Below, piece after piece: positions 48,051 through 56,301 of a stretch of DNA of 60,081 nt (position 1 is the stretch's first letter; every line of letters starts with the position of its first letter). Both the position numbers and the translations under genes were made by a program. Origin of the DNA: an uncultured Erysipelotrichaceae bacterium (GTDB lineage Bacteria; Bacillota_I; Bacilli_A; RF39; UBA660); the NCBI GenBank assembly GCA_902788735.1, contig CADALJ010000002.1, positions 1-60,081 on the forward strand, in the 5' to 3' direction. The notes under the pieces are model-generated. The model saw only the letters and a program-made list of their open reading frames with translations. It did not search any database and was not told the origin of the DNA.

Positions 48051-48830
48051 TTATTCTTCAGTTGTAGTTTGTTCTTCAGCAACTTCTTCAGTTACTTCTT
48101 CAACTGGTGTTTCTTCTACAGTTTCAACTACTTCATTATTTTCTTCTACTGGAGTTTCAACAACTTCAATATAAGAAATTAAGTCAGCCTTTTCAGCTTT
48201 TCCTTCAGGATTTTTAACTGCAGTACGAATCATAACTAATGATTTCTTTGGACCAGGAACATTACCTTTAACTAAAATTACATTATTTTCTGTATCAATT
48301 GATACGATTTCAAGATTTTGAACTGTTCTTTGAACATTACCCATTTGACCAGGCATTTTCTTTCCTTTAAGTACATGCATTGGTAATAATGTACCTAAAG
48401 AACCAACTCCTCTATGGTATTGAGAACCATGTCCTTTTGGACCGATATGTTGGTTGTGGCGTTTAATAACACCTTGGAACCCTTTACCTTTAGAAGTTCC
48501 TGTAACATCAACTATTTCACCAGCTTCGAAAATGTCTACACTAATAGTTTGACCTAAAGTGTAATCATTAACATTAACTCCTCTGATTTCTCTTAAGAAG
48601 CGCTTAGGTGTTGTGTTAGCTTTCTTTGTATGACCTATTTTAGCTTTGTTACTTAATGATTCTCTTACAGTATCAGTAGCAAGTTGAATAGCATCATAAC
48701 CATCTTTTTCAACTGTTTTGATTTGAGTAACCACGTTTGGCTCTACTTCAATAACAGTTACCGGAATTAATTTACCTTCTTTAGTAAATACTTGAGTCAT
48801 TCCGATTTTCTTACCTAAGATTCCTTTCAT
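48051..48830 (-). CDS. rplC: 50S ribosomal protein L3 with an acidic C-terminal extension
   Basis: [27 protein letters not shown]. The tail is [36 protein letters not shown]. Confidence 0.96.
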   Translation of the reverse strand: MKGILGKKIGMTQVFTKEGKLIPVTVIEVEPNVVTQIKTVEKDGYDAIQLATDTVRESLSNKAKIGHTKKANTTPKRFLREIRGVNVNDYTLGQTISVDIFEAGEIVDVTGTSKGKGFQGVIKRHNQHIGPKGHGSQYHRGVGSLGTLLPMHVLKGKKMPGQMGNVQRTVQNLEIVSIDTENNVILVKGNVPGPKKSLVMIRTAVKNPEGKAEKADLISYIEVVETPVEENNEVVETVEETPVEEVTEEVAEEQTTTEE

Positions 48831-48855
48831 TTTAATTTTCCTCCATTATTTATTG

Positions 48856-49167
48856 TTACTTAGTTTTTATTTCGATATCTACTCCGCTTGGTAAATCTAA
48901 ATGAGCTAATGCATCAATAGTCTCCTTGCTTGGATTTTTGATATCAATAAGTCTTTTGTGTGTACGCATTTCGAATTGTTCACGTGAATCTTTATATTTG
49001 TGTACAGCTCTTAGAATTGTGAACTTTTCAATTTCAGTTGGTAGTGGTACTGGACCAGAAACTTTTCCACCTGAACGATTAACAGTTTCAACAATTTTCT
49101 TTGCTGCATTATCTAAAATTCTGTGATCATATGCTTTAATTCTGATACGAATCTTTTCTGTTGACAT
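48856..49167 (-). CDS. rpsJ: 30S ribosomal protein S10
   Basis: [22 protein letters not shown]. Confidence 0.97.
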   Translation of the reverse strand: MSTEKIRIRIKAYDHRILDNAAKKIVETVNRSGGKVSGPVPLPTEIEKFTILRAVHKYKDSREQFEMRTHKRLIDIKNPSKETIDALAHLDLPSGVDIEIKTK

Positions 49168-49284
49168 TTAAAATCCTCCTCTCGCCTATATCTAGTATAG
49201 ACTTGCTCCGAGCGAATAACCCGATAACCAATTAGCAACTCTTCCTGGTGTATCGACAACCTCGCACATCTAAGCAGTCACACG
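49168..49284 (-). promoter_or_regulatory. Structured 5-prime leader of the S10 operon
   Basis: Locally GC-rich stretch in an AT-rich genome. Complementary segments include GUCGAUA/UAUCGG and UUGCU/AGCAA. Confidence 0.35.
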
Positions 49285-49290
49285 TATTTA

Positions 49291-49318
49291 ATTATACCAC
49301 ATATGTCAATAAATGCAA
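49291..49318 (-). promoter_or_regulatory. Candidate extended -10 promoter of the S10 operon
   Basis: TTGCAT, 16-nt spacer, TGGTATAAT on the minus strand. Confidence 0.5.
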
Positions 49319-49365
49319 CACTTTTTTTAATTTTTTTCTTTTATATCAACAAAAAGAGAGATTGT

Positions 49366-50589
49366 TTACATCTCTTTTTTCTTACTCATTTTAGGTCTTG
49401 TTATTAATTTTAATGATGCTGGTTTTATTAAAGATTTACCAAATTTGTTATTAATGTTGTCTATTGTTTTTTGAATGTTGTCTTCTTTTTCGCTATTTTC
49501 TTCTTCATCAAATAGTGATATTTGCTCTTCTTTAGTGTTTGTTAAATTAGCTAATCTTGCCCCTATTAGTCTTATTTCATCTTCTTTATAGTTATCATCA
49601 AATACTTCATAAATCTTTTTTAATATCTCTTTTGTGTTATTAGTTGGCTTATCTAAAGTAGCTTGTGCACTATAACTTACGAAACTACTATTTTTGAATA
49701 TTACTGCTACTGTTTTAGTAAATAATTTCTTACTTCTTAATTCTCTTGTTATTTCTTCTGTTTGTCTAAATAGTATTTCTTTTAATTTATCAGGATCAGT
49801 TGTATTAAATGGTAATGTTTCAGTTACACTAATACTTTGATTCTTACTAGTTTTTACTTCTACTTTATCGTCATCTAATCCCCTACTAGCATTATATAAG
49901 TATCTTCCTTGTGATTTAAAATGTCTTTCTAAAAATTTTAAGTCTTTTTTAGCTAAATCTCCTATTGTATAAATACTAAGTTTATTTAGTTCATTTTTAG
50001 TACTTTTTCCACACATAAACAAGTCTCCTACATCAAGTGGCCACAATTTAGATACTATTTCATCTTTATATAATGTGTGTACTTTATCTGGTTTTTCAAA
50101 GTCACTTGCCATTTTAGCACATAATTTATTATTTCCTATACCAATATTTACTGTATATCCAAATTTTTCTTTTACTTCGTCTTTAATATGATAGGCTAAC
50201 TTCTCTAAATCCTTATATATATATGTCATACCACTCATATCTAGAAAACATTCATCTACTGAATATTGTTCTAGATGAGGGGAATACTTTGATAAATAGT
50301 CCATTAATTCACGTGATTTTTTATAATACCATTTATATTGTGGTGGGTATACTTCTAAATCAGGACATTTCTTTTTAGCCATATATATTGGTTCTGCTGA
50401 CTTTACTCCTAGTTTTTTAGCTACAGGTGACTTAGCTAGTACTATTCCATGCCTTGAATGTTCATCTCCACCTATTACTGAAGGTATTTTTCTTATATCT
50501 TTATTAAATCCATTATTAAGTAGATATACTGCAGTCCATGAAAGAAATGCATTATTTACATCTATATGAAATATAAATCTTTCTGACAT
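49366..50589 (-). CDS. Y-family DNA polymerase (DinB/UmuC-like)
   Basis: FHIDVNNAFLSW, YSVDECFLDMSG and the IGIGNNKLCAKMASD motifs. Confidence 0.85.
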   Translation of the reverse strand: MSERFIFHIDVNNAFLSWTAVYLLNNGFNKDIRKIPSVIGGDEHSRHGIVLAKSPVAKKLGVKSAEPIYMAKKKCPDLEVYPPQYKWYYKKSRELMDYLSKYSPHLEQYSVDECFLDMSGMTYIYKDLEKLAYHIKDEVKEKFGYTVNIGIGNNKLCAKMASDFEKPDKVHTLYKDEIVSKLWPLDVGDLFMCGKSTKNELNKLSIYTIGDLAKKDLKFLERHFKSQGRYLYNASRGLDDDKVEVKTSKNQSISVTETLPFNTTDPDKLKEILFRQTEEITRELRSKKLFTKTVAVIFKNSSFVSYSAQATLDKPTNNTKEILKKIYEVFDDNYKEDEIRLIGARLANLTNTKEEQISLFDEEENSEKEDNIQKTIDNINNKFGKSLIKPASLKLITRPKMSKKKEM

Positions 50590-50611
50590 AGAACCACCTC
50601 AAATTAATTAT

Positions 50612-50625
50612 AGAACATATGCACG
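50612..50625. promoter_or_regulatory. Imperfect LexA (Cheo) box-like site upstream of the Y-family polymerase
   Basis: AGAACATATGCACG against the consensus CGAACATATGTTCG. One half-site is perfect and the other has 2 mismatches. Confidence 0.3.
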
Positions 50626-50717
50626 TATTATTCAATTAATTTATATGTATACTTTCTGTTTACATATATTTTATTTATTTTATTTCATAATAATATTAAC
50701 AGTTTTGGAGGTATATC

Positions 50718-50969
50718 ATGAATAAATATGAATTAAATATATACGAACAAATATCTAGAAATATTAAAAAATATAGAAACTTAGCCGGTATTACTCAAGC
50801 AGAGTTAGCAGAACGCGTTGGAGTAAGTCATGAATTTATTAGAAGAAATGAATCTAGAAAAGGTAAGAAATCATTTTCAGTAGATACTGTTTGGAAAATA
50901 TCTGTTGCTTTAAATATTGATCCTGGTAAATTATTTGAAATAGATATGGATGAATTAATTAATCAATAA
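50718..50969 (+). CDS. XRE-family helix-turn-helix regulator
   Basis: IKKYRNLAGITQAELAERVGVSHEFIRRNE. Confidence 0.85.
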   Translation: MNKYELNIYEQISRNIKKYRNLAGITQAELAERVGVSHEFIRRNESRKGKKSFSVDTVWKISVALNIDPGKLFEIDMDELINQ

Positions 50970-51042
50970 AAAAAGGACTAAGTCCTTTTTATTTTGATGA
51001 ATTAATTAATCAATAAAAAAAGGACTAAGTCCTTTTTATTTT
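50949..51042. repeat. Perfect 47-bp tandem duplication (2 copies)
   Basis: GATGAATTAATTAATCAATAAAAAAAGGACTAAGTCCTTTTTATTTT occurs at 50949..50995 and 50996..51042. Each copy carries the hairpin AAAGGACT-a-AGTCCTTT. Confidence 0.95.
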
Positions 51043-52046
51043 ATTTTACTAATTTGTTCTCTTATAGATTTTAATACTTCATCTGGATCTATTGAAACAC
51101 CTGGCCAAATTTTTTTACCATTCAATCTACAACCTTCAAGATTTGCATAATTCTTGATATAATCTGCATACGTTGCATAATTAGCATATCCTTCTGGGTC
51201 TGAATCTGGTTTGGCTGCAGTTTGAGTCCAAGTACCATCCTCATTTTGTTTAATACCAGATACTTCTTCAAGACTTGGTTTATGATATAATTCATAATAT
51301 TCTTTATCTCGTCTTTCATTAAGAGTAATATTTAAATCTGTGTTGCATAAATTGCATCCTAGAAACCAAATCTCTTTTTCTCTATCATCTGTTTCACCTG
51401 AACGCAACACTAAATCTTCCGCCTCAAATCCTGCTTCCAATGTAAGATATGAAAGATTAACGTTTTCAAGATTTGAAGTCATAATAAATAAGTCTCTAGC
51501 TTTGCTTATATTAATATGTGTGTTTGATAAGTCTGAAAAGCTGATTTCTAGATAATCAATATCAAAACTGTTGTTTGATAAATCTACATTAGATAAATTA
51601 GCATCTTTAATAATAATTATATTAAAATACTTTGCTTCAAAGGATTTTGAAAAGTCAATATTAGCATTTGTGTTTGAAAAATCTTTATTCATACTTCCTT
51701 CATTAACAAAACTAAGACTATAGGTTTCATTAGGCTTAATTTCACCATTCTTTATTTTTTCAATTTCTTCTTTGATTCGTTGAATATCACCAGCATTAGG
51801 TTTTTCATTTATAGACCATGAAACATCTTCAAAATCCACTTCACTTAAATCTAATTTTGACAAAAATGGTCCTGTCCATACTGGAACCTTGTAATATATT
51901 CCTTTTTCTTCATCTACTACTACCTTATCAAAAATCATTTTATCTAATTGATCTTTTTTTAAGTTTATGCGAATTCCATCTGGAACTTCTTTTAGTACAG
52001 CAATAGCGTCTTCTCTTAATTTTTTTATCATTTCTTCACTATTCAT
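51036..52046 (-). CDS. Pentapeptide-repeat protein
   Basis: Runs such as ANLSNVDLSNNSF, SNLENVNLSYLTL and CNLCNTDLNIT. Confidence 0.65.
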   Translation of the reverse strand: MNSEEMIKKLREDAIAVLKEVPDGIRINLKKDQLDKMIFDKVVVDEEKGIYYKVPVWTGPFLSKLDLSEVDFEDVSWSINEKPNAGDIQRIKEEIEKIKNGEIKPNETYSLSFVNEGSMNKDFSNTNANIDFSKSFEAKYFNIIIIKDANLSNVDLSNNSFDIDYLEISFSDLSNTHINISKARDLFIMTSNLENVNLSYLTLEAGFEAEDLVLRSGETDDREKEIWFLGCNLCNTDLNITLNERRDKEYYELYHKPSLEEVSGIKQNEDGTWTQTAAKPDSDPEGYANYATYADYIKNYANLEGCRLNGKKIWPGVSIDPDEVLKSIREQISKIK

Positions 52047-52140
52047 AAATTTCTCCTAACTTTAAGCATTTCTTTATTTTATTATATCATATTAACATTT
52101 TTATATTATTTTTTTTTTGCCTTTTTTGTAAACTCATGTA

Positions 52141-52168
52141 AAAAAGAAGCTTAACGCTTCTTTATTTT
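52141..52168. terminator. Bidirectional terminator-like hairpin
   Basis: AAAGAAGC-ttaac-GCTTCTTT hairpin with an A-run and a T-run on the two sides. Confidence 0.5.
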
Positions 52169-52241
52169 GTATCATTTAGGCAAAATACTGCATATACTGG
52201 GATATATCTAATATCCTTTTTTGTTGAAAAGTTATTTTCTG

Positions 52242-53441
52242 TTATTCTATAGGCATTTGATTTGTTACTGTGAATTTTTTCATAAATACAGCTAATGATT
52301 TTGCTTTAGAGTTTGTTTTTGTAGTTATTTCTATCGGTATTATTTGACCATTTCTATTTTGAATTACAAAGTTAACTTCTGCTTTTCCTTCTGATTGATA
52401 GTAATATAGTGAATATCCTGCATCGCTTAGTGTTTTAGCTATATGATTTTCATATAATACTTCTTTTAAGTTTTCATCTCTTAGTAATTTCTTTTTATTT
52501 AGATGCATTGCAGTAAAAAGTAATCCTTCATCTATATAGAATAGTTTAAAACTATCTTTATCTTTACAACTACTTAGAGGTGATTTAACATCTTTTATTT
52601 TGAAACTTCTATATACTAATTGATTATTAACTAGATAATTAATAGTACTTTCATATTCTTTAGCTCTTTTGCCAGAACCCATAAGTCCATATTGAAACTT
52701 TTTATTTTCCTTTTGTAGTTGTTCTGGAATAGAGTCTATTACTTCTAATCCTCTAGGTATATCTATTAATATATTGTTTAATGATGTTTCGTTTTTATAT
52801 ACATTAATTATTTTTTGTTTAATTGAATCTAATACATATTCATCTTCTTCTTTTAAAGAAGCTTCTATTACTTCAGGTAATCCTCCTGTAGTTAGATATT
52901 CTTCAAATAATTCTAATGCTACTTTATGGAATGGATTAGTTTTTCTTTTAGTGAATGATTCTTTTATTAGATTAGCTAGACTTGTTTCATCTTTGGCCCA
53001 TAAGTATTCCTCAAAGTCCATTCCAAACATTGCCTTAAATTGTAATTCTTCTCCTTTAAATTCACTTAATTTATCTTTAGTAGTTATTATAGCTATAATA
53101 TGATATTTACTATGTTCACTACCAAATATTTTTAATCCTTTAATTATATCTATATCATTAACATTATCTAATATAATTAAAGTATCTTCTTTTAGAATAG
53201 TTTCCTCAGAAATTGTGGATAATTTTAATATTAATTTTTCAGTAGATCTTTCTTTTTGAAATAATTCTTTTAATTCTTTATTATTTTGTGTATTTATATA
53301 TACAGTGTTTTTATATTCTTTTTTACCAAATGCTAGAGAAGAATATGTTTTGCCTATTTGTTTAGCTCCATATAATATTAATGGTTTTCTGATTATATCT
53401 TTTTTCCATTTTTGAAAGTATAAATCTATTTTTCGTTCCAT
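52242..53441 (-). CDS. AAA_14/DUF4143-type ATPase
   Basis: Walker A LILYGAKQIGKTYS, Walker B LIILDNV. Length and layout are typical of this family. Confidence 0.7.
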   Translation of the reverse strand: MERKIDLYFQKWKKDIIRKPLILYGAKQIGKTYSSLAFGKKEYKNTVYINTQNNKELKELFQKERSTEKLILKLSTISEETILKEDTLIILDNVNDIDIIKGLKIFGSEHSKYHIIAIITTKDKLSEFKGEELQFKAMFGMDFEEYLWAKDETSLANLIKESFTKRKTNPFHKVALELFEEYLTTGGLPEVIEASLKEEDEYVLDSIKQKIINVYKNETSLNNILIDIPRGLEVIDSIPEQLQKENKKFQYGLMGSGKRAKEYESTINYLVNNQLVYRSFKIKDVKSPLSSCKDKDSFKLFYIDEGLLFTAMHLNKKKLLRDENLKEVLYENHIAKTLSDAGYSLYYYQSEGKAEVNFVIQNRNGQIIPIEITTKTNSKAKSLAVFMKKFTVTNQMPIE

Positions 53442-53513
53442 TTACTGTATCCTCCTTACACTATTTCTAAAATAAGTATACTTTTATTATTTAAAAAAGT
53501 CAAATAAAAAAGA

Positions 53514-54287
53514 CTAGTTAGTTACTAATGGTTTATTATAGTCTAGTCTCATTTTATCAGCTATAGTAACTATGAACTCGGAATTAGTTGGTTTAGCTTT
53601 ATCTATATCTACGCTATGACCAAATATGTCTTCCATTAAATCCCAGTTACCTCTATTCCAACTTACTTCTATTGCATGACGAATAGCTCTTTCTACTCGT
53701 GATACTGTAGAATCAAATTTCTTAGCTATTTCTGGATATAACTCTTTAGTAATACCTCCTGCGATATCTGGACGTTTATATACTAAAGTTATACCTTCTC
53801 TTATATATTGATATCCTTTAATATGAGATGGAACACCTAATTCGTGAAGTGTCTTTGTAATTGTGATTTGTAGGTTATTATGGAACAAATCCAAAGATTC
53901 TCCTTTAGTAGTTTTTCTAGTTAATGCTTTTACTTTATTATATAAATCATCTAATTCAAATGGTTTAATCATAAAGTAACTAGCTCCTAAAGATGCTACT
54001 TTACTTATCATGTCTTGTGTATTATATGAAGTTAATACAATTACTTTTTTATCTATCTCATTATTATATAAGTATTCAAGTACTGCTGTGCCATCTTTTT
54101 TAGGCATTACTAAGTCTAATACCATAATATCAAACTCATTAGAGTGCTGATTTATTATGTTTATTGCTTCTTCTCCATCATTTGCTTCTAATACTACTTC
54201 TACATCTTTTACATCTTTAAAATAACGCTTAACCATACCAACTAAACTTTCATTATCATCGATAACGAATAATCTTGTCTTGTCCAT
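53514..54287 (-). CDS. spo0A: Sporulation master regulator Spo0A
   Basis: Receiver domain (FVIDDN, VLDLVMPKKDG) plus the Spo0A-specific C-terminus HIKGYQYIREGI..SRVERAIRHAIEVSW. ATG at 54287 with a GAGAGGAG RBS. Confidence 0.92.
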   Translation of the reverse strand: MDKTRLFVIDDNESLVGMVKRYFKDVKDVEVVLEANDGEEAINIINQHSNEFDIMVLDLVMPKKDGTAVLEYLYNNEIDKKVIVLTSYNTQDMISKVASLGASYFMIKPFELDDLYNKVKALTRKTTKGESLDLFHNNLQITITKTLHELGVPSHIKGYQYIREGITLVYKRPDIAGGITKELYPEIAKKFDSTVSRVERAIRHAIEVSWNRGNWDLMEDIFGHSVDIDKAKPTNSEFIVTIADKMRLDYNKPLVTN

Positions 54288-54329
54288 TTTGTCTCCTCTC
54301 TTGTTACCGCGCACTATAATTATATAATA

Positions 54330-54336
54330 TGTCGAA
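54330..54336 (+). promoter_or_regulatory. 0A-box consensus heptamer
   Basis: Exact TGTCGAA, adjacent to a TATAAT (54319..54324, minus strand) upstream of spo0A. Confidence 0.45.
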
Positions 54337-54350
54337 TAATAATTAAAGAT

Positions 54351-54381
54351 AAAAAAAGGACAAGTTTTGTCGAAACTGTCC
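54351..54381 (-). terminator. Terminator after tpiA
   Basis: GGACA(A)GTTT-tgtcg-AAACTGTCC bulged stem followed by a 7-nt T-run on the minus strand. Confidence 0.5.
54368..54374 (+). promoter_or_regulatory. 0A-box consensus heptamer
   Basis: Exact TGTCGAA, located in the loop of the tpiA terminator hairpin. Confidence 0.4.
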
Positions 54382-54392
54382 AATATTGTATA

Positions 54393-55070
54393 CTAATTTA
54401 ATTTATTTAAGAATTCTTCTAGTTTATCAGGCTTTAGACTTAATCCTCCAAGTAGATATCCATCTATCAAATCTATTTGTTTTAATGTATCTATATTATC
54501 ATTATTAGCACTTCCACCATATAATACTTTATCATTTGGGCAAATTGATTTAATAAGATTAAATACTTCTATTATTTCTTCATTAGTAGGAATTATACCT
54601 GTTCCTATAGACCATATTGGTTCATAGGCAATTATTATATCTTTTTCTATATCATCTAGAATAGATAATTCTTCTTTTAATACTTCTTTGTATGTATTAT
54701 TATCTCTTTCTTCTTTGCTTTCTCCAATACATAGAATTGGAGTAATATCATTTTCTATTAATTTAATTAATTTTAATTTTATATCTTCGTTTGTTTCTTT
54801 TTGATAATTTCTTCTTTCAGAGTGACCTACTATAGAATATTTAACATTGTATGATTTTAAATCTTTTGCAGATATTTCTCCAGTATAGGCTCCATCATCA
54901 AATTTACTTACATTTTGTGATCCTAAAAGTATTCCATCTACTAATCCTATATTTATAAATGTAGGACATAGTATTAAAGTACTATTAGTATTAATCTTTT
55001 TTAATTCTTCTACATAGTTAATAAATTCTTCTTTACTTAAATTACTTTTATTATTCAGAGCTACTATCAT
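54393..55070 (-). CDS. tpiA: Triosephosphate isomerase (compact, 225 aa)
   Basis: LNNKSN (Asn and Lys), IVGHSERR and AYEPIWSIGTG. Confidence 0.9.
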   Translation of the reverse strand: MIVALNNKSNLSKEEFINYVEELKKINTNSTLILCPTFINIGLVDGILLGSQNVSKFDDGAYTGEISAKDLKSYNVKYSIVGHSERRNYQKETNEDIKLKLIKLIENDITPILCIGESKEERDNNTYKEVLKEELSILDDIEKDIIIAYEPIWSIGTGIIPTNEEIIEVFNLIKSICPNDKVLYGGSANNDNIDTLKQIDLIDGYLLGGLSLKPDKLEEFLNKLN

Positions 55071-56301
55071 TAAATTTCTCCTTTATTGTTTTAGCTATTT
55101 TAGATACAATACCAAATCTATTTTCTTTTTTCTTAGTTTCAATTGCTCTATTATATACAGTTAATACTCTATCCGCATAGAACTTAGAACTATATGTCTC
55201 AGCTTGTATCCTAGCTTGTCTATTTAATCTTTCTAATTCTTTTTTATTTTTATATAATCGTTCTATTTTTTCTATATATTCTTCTTGTGTTTCAAAGAAT
55301 ACTCCATTTAAGTCTTCTGTAACCATACTTTGGAATGCTTCATCTCTCATACATACAGGGCACACATTAGATGCCATTGCTTCTATTACTGTTAATCCTT
55401 GAGTTTCTGTTTTAGAAGCTGTTACAAATAAATTAGATATATGATAATAATATGGTATATCACTCCATGCAGCTTTACCTGTAAATATTACATTTTTAGA
55501 AATACCTAATTCTTTAGAATATTCTTCATACTTTTCTTTATCAGGTCCATCTCCTACTATTATTAGTTTCATATTCTTATATTTACTAACTAGTTCTTTT
55601 TGACATTCTAATAAGAATTCAACATTCTTTTCTTCAGCAAGTCTTCCTACAAATAACAATACAAAGTCTGACTTACCTAATCTAAGTGATTTTCTTAAAT
55701 CGTTTATATCATTTTGATTTTGTTTTTCTTTATAGAATCTATCTACTTCTATACCAGTAGGAATTATATTAATATTTTTATCAAATTTATATTTTTCTTT
55801 AAATAATTTATAAATCTTATTAGTTGGAACTATAAGTTCTGTAGCTGTGGTGTCACAATAGAACTTAGTTAAGTATTCTACTAGTTTTTTACTTGATTTA
55901 TCAAAATATCCTTTAGTTATATAGTAAATATAATCTTCATACATAGTATGGTATGTATGAACTAAAGGTATATTATATTGTTTAGCTAAGATACGAGCAA
56001 ATGTACCTATAGCAAATTCTGTTTGGGAATGGATTACATCTAATTTCCAACTTTTTATTTTATTAACGGCTCTTACTGGATAGATACTAGTAAATCTAGA
56101 ATCATATATACCAGTAGGTATTCCTGGTATTCTTAAAATTCTTTCTTTTTCATCATATTCATATTTAAAACTCTCTAAGTTAGCAGTTACTACATATACT
56201 TCGTGTCCTTGTGCTTCTAGGGCTTTTTTTAGCATTACTTCGCTAGTTACTAGTCCACTTATATATGGTGTATATGCTTCTGAAAAAATACCTATTCTCA
56301 C
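55051..56301 (-). CDS. GT4 glycosyltransferase, diacylglycerol glucosyltransferase-like
   Basis: MRIGIFSEAYTPYISGLVTS N-terminus and ETQGLTVIEAMAS (the E-x7-E region). Confidence 0.8.
   Translation of the reverse strand: MRIGIFSEAYTPYISGLVTSEVMLKKALEAQGHEVYVVTANLESFKYEYDEKERILRIPGIPTGIYDSRFTSIYPVRAVNKIKSWKLDVIHSQTEFAIGTFARILAKQYNIPLVHTYHTMYEDYIYYITKGYFDKSSKKLVEYLTKFYCDTTATELIVPTNKIYKLFKEKYKFDKNINIIPTGIEVDRFYKEKQNQNDINDLRKSLRLGKSDFVLLFVGRLAEEKNVEFLLECQKELVSKYKNMKLIIVGDGPDKEKYEEYSKELGISKNVIFTGKAAWSDIPYYYHISNLFVTASKTETQGLTVIEAMASNVCPVCMRDEAFQSMVTEDLNGVFFETQEEYIEKIERLYKNKKELERLNRQARIQAETYSSKFYADRVLTVYNRAIETKKKENRFGIVSKIAKTIKEKFNDSSSE

Noticed and set aside
49305-49310. Perfect TTGACA on the minus strand upstream of rpsJ
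   Set aside because: It lies only 7 nt from the TATAAT, too close to serve as its -35. The TTGCAT at 16-nt spacing fits better.
51122-52006. ORFs 51122..51319 (-), 51340..51555 (+) and 51818..52006 (+)
   Set aside because: They are alternative-frame or antisense ORFs nested inside the pentapeptide-repeat gene, and no independent signals support them.
52199-52222. Plus-strand hairpin GGATAT-atcta-ATATCC followed by TTTTTT, with no plus-strand gene upstream
   Set aside because: The stem is short and AT-rich, and no promoter or ORF can be paired with it. It could mark a small RNA, but the evidence is too weak to call.
52774-53103. 109-aa plus-strand ORF
   Set aside because: Antisense to the AAA_14-type ATPase gene.
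54288-54383. N-terminal 32-codon extension of the spo0A track ORF (TTG start)
   Set aside because: The receiver domain begins at MDKTRLFVIDD (ATG at 54287 with an RBS). The extension runs through the tpiA terminator and the 0A boxes.
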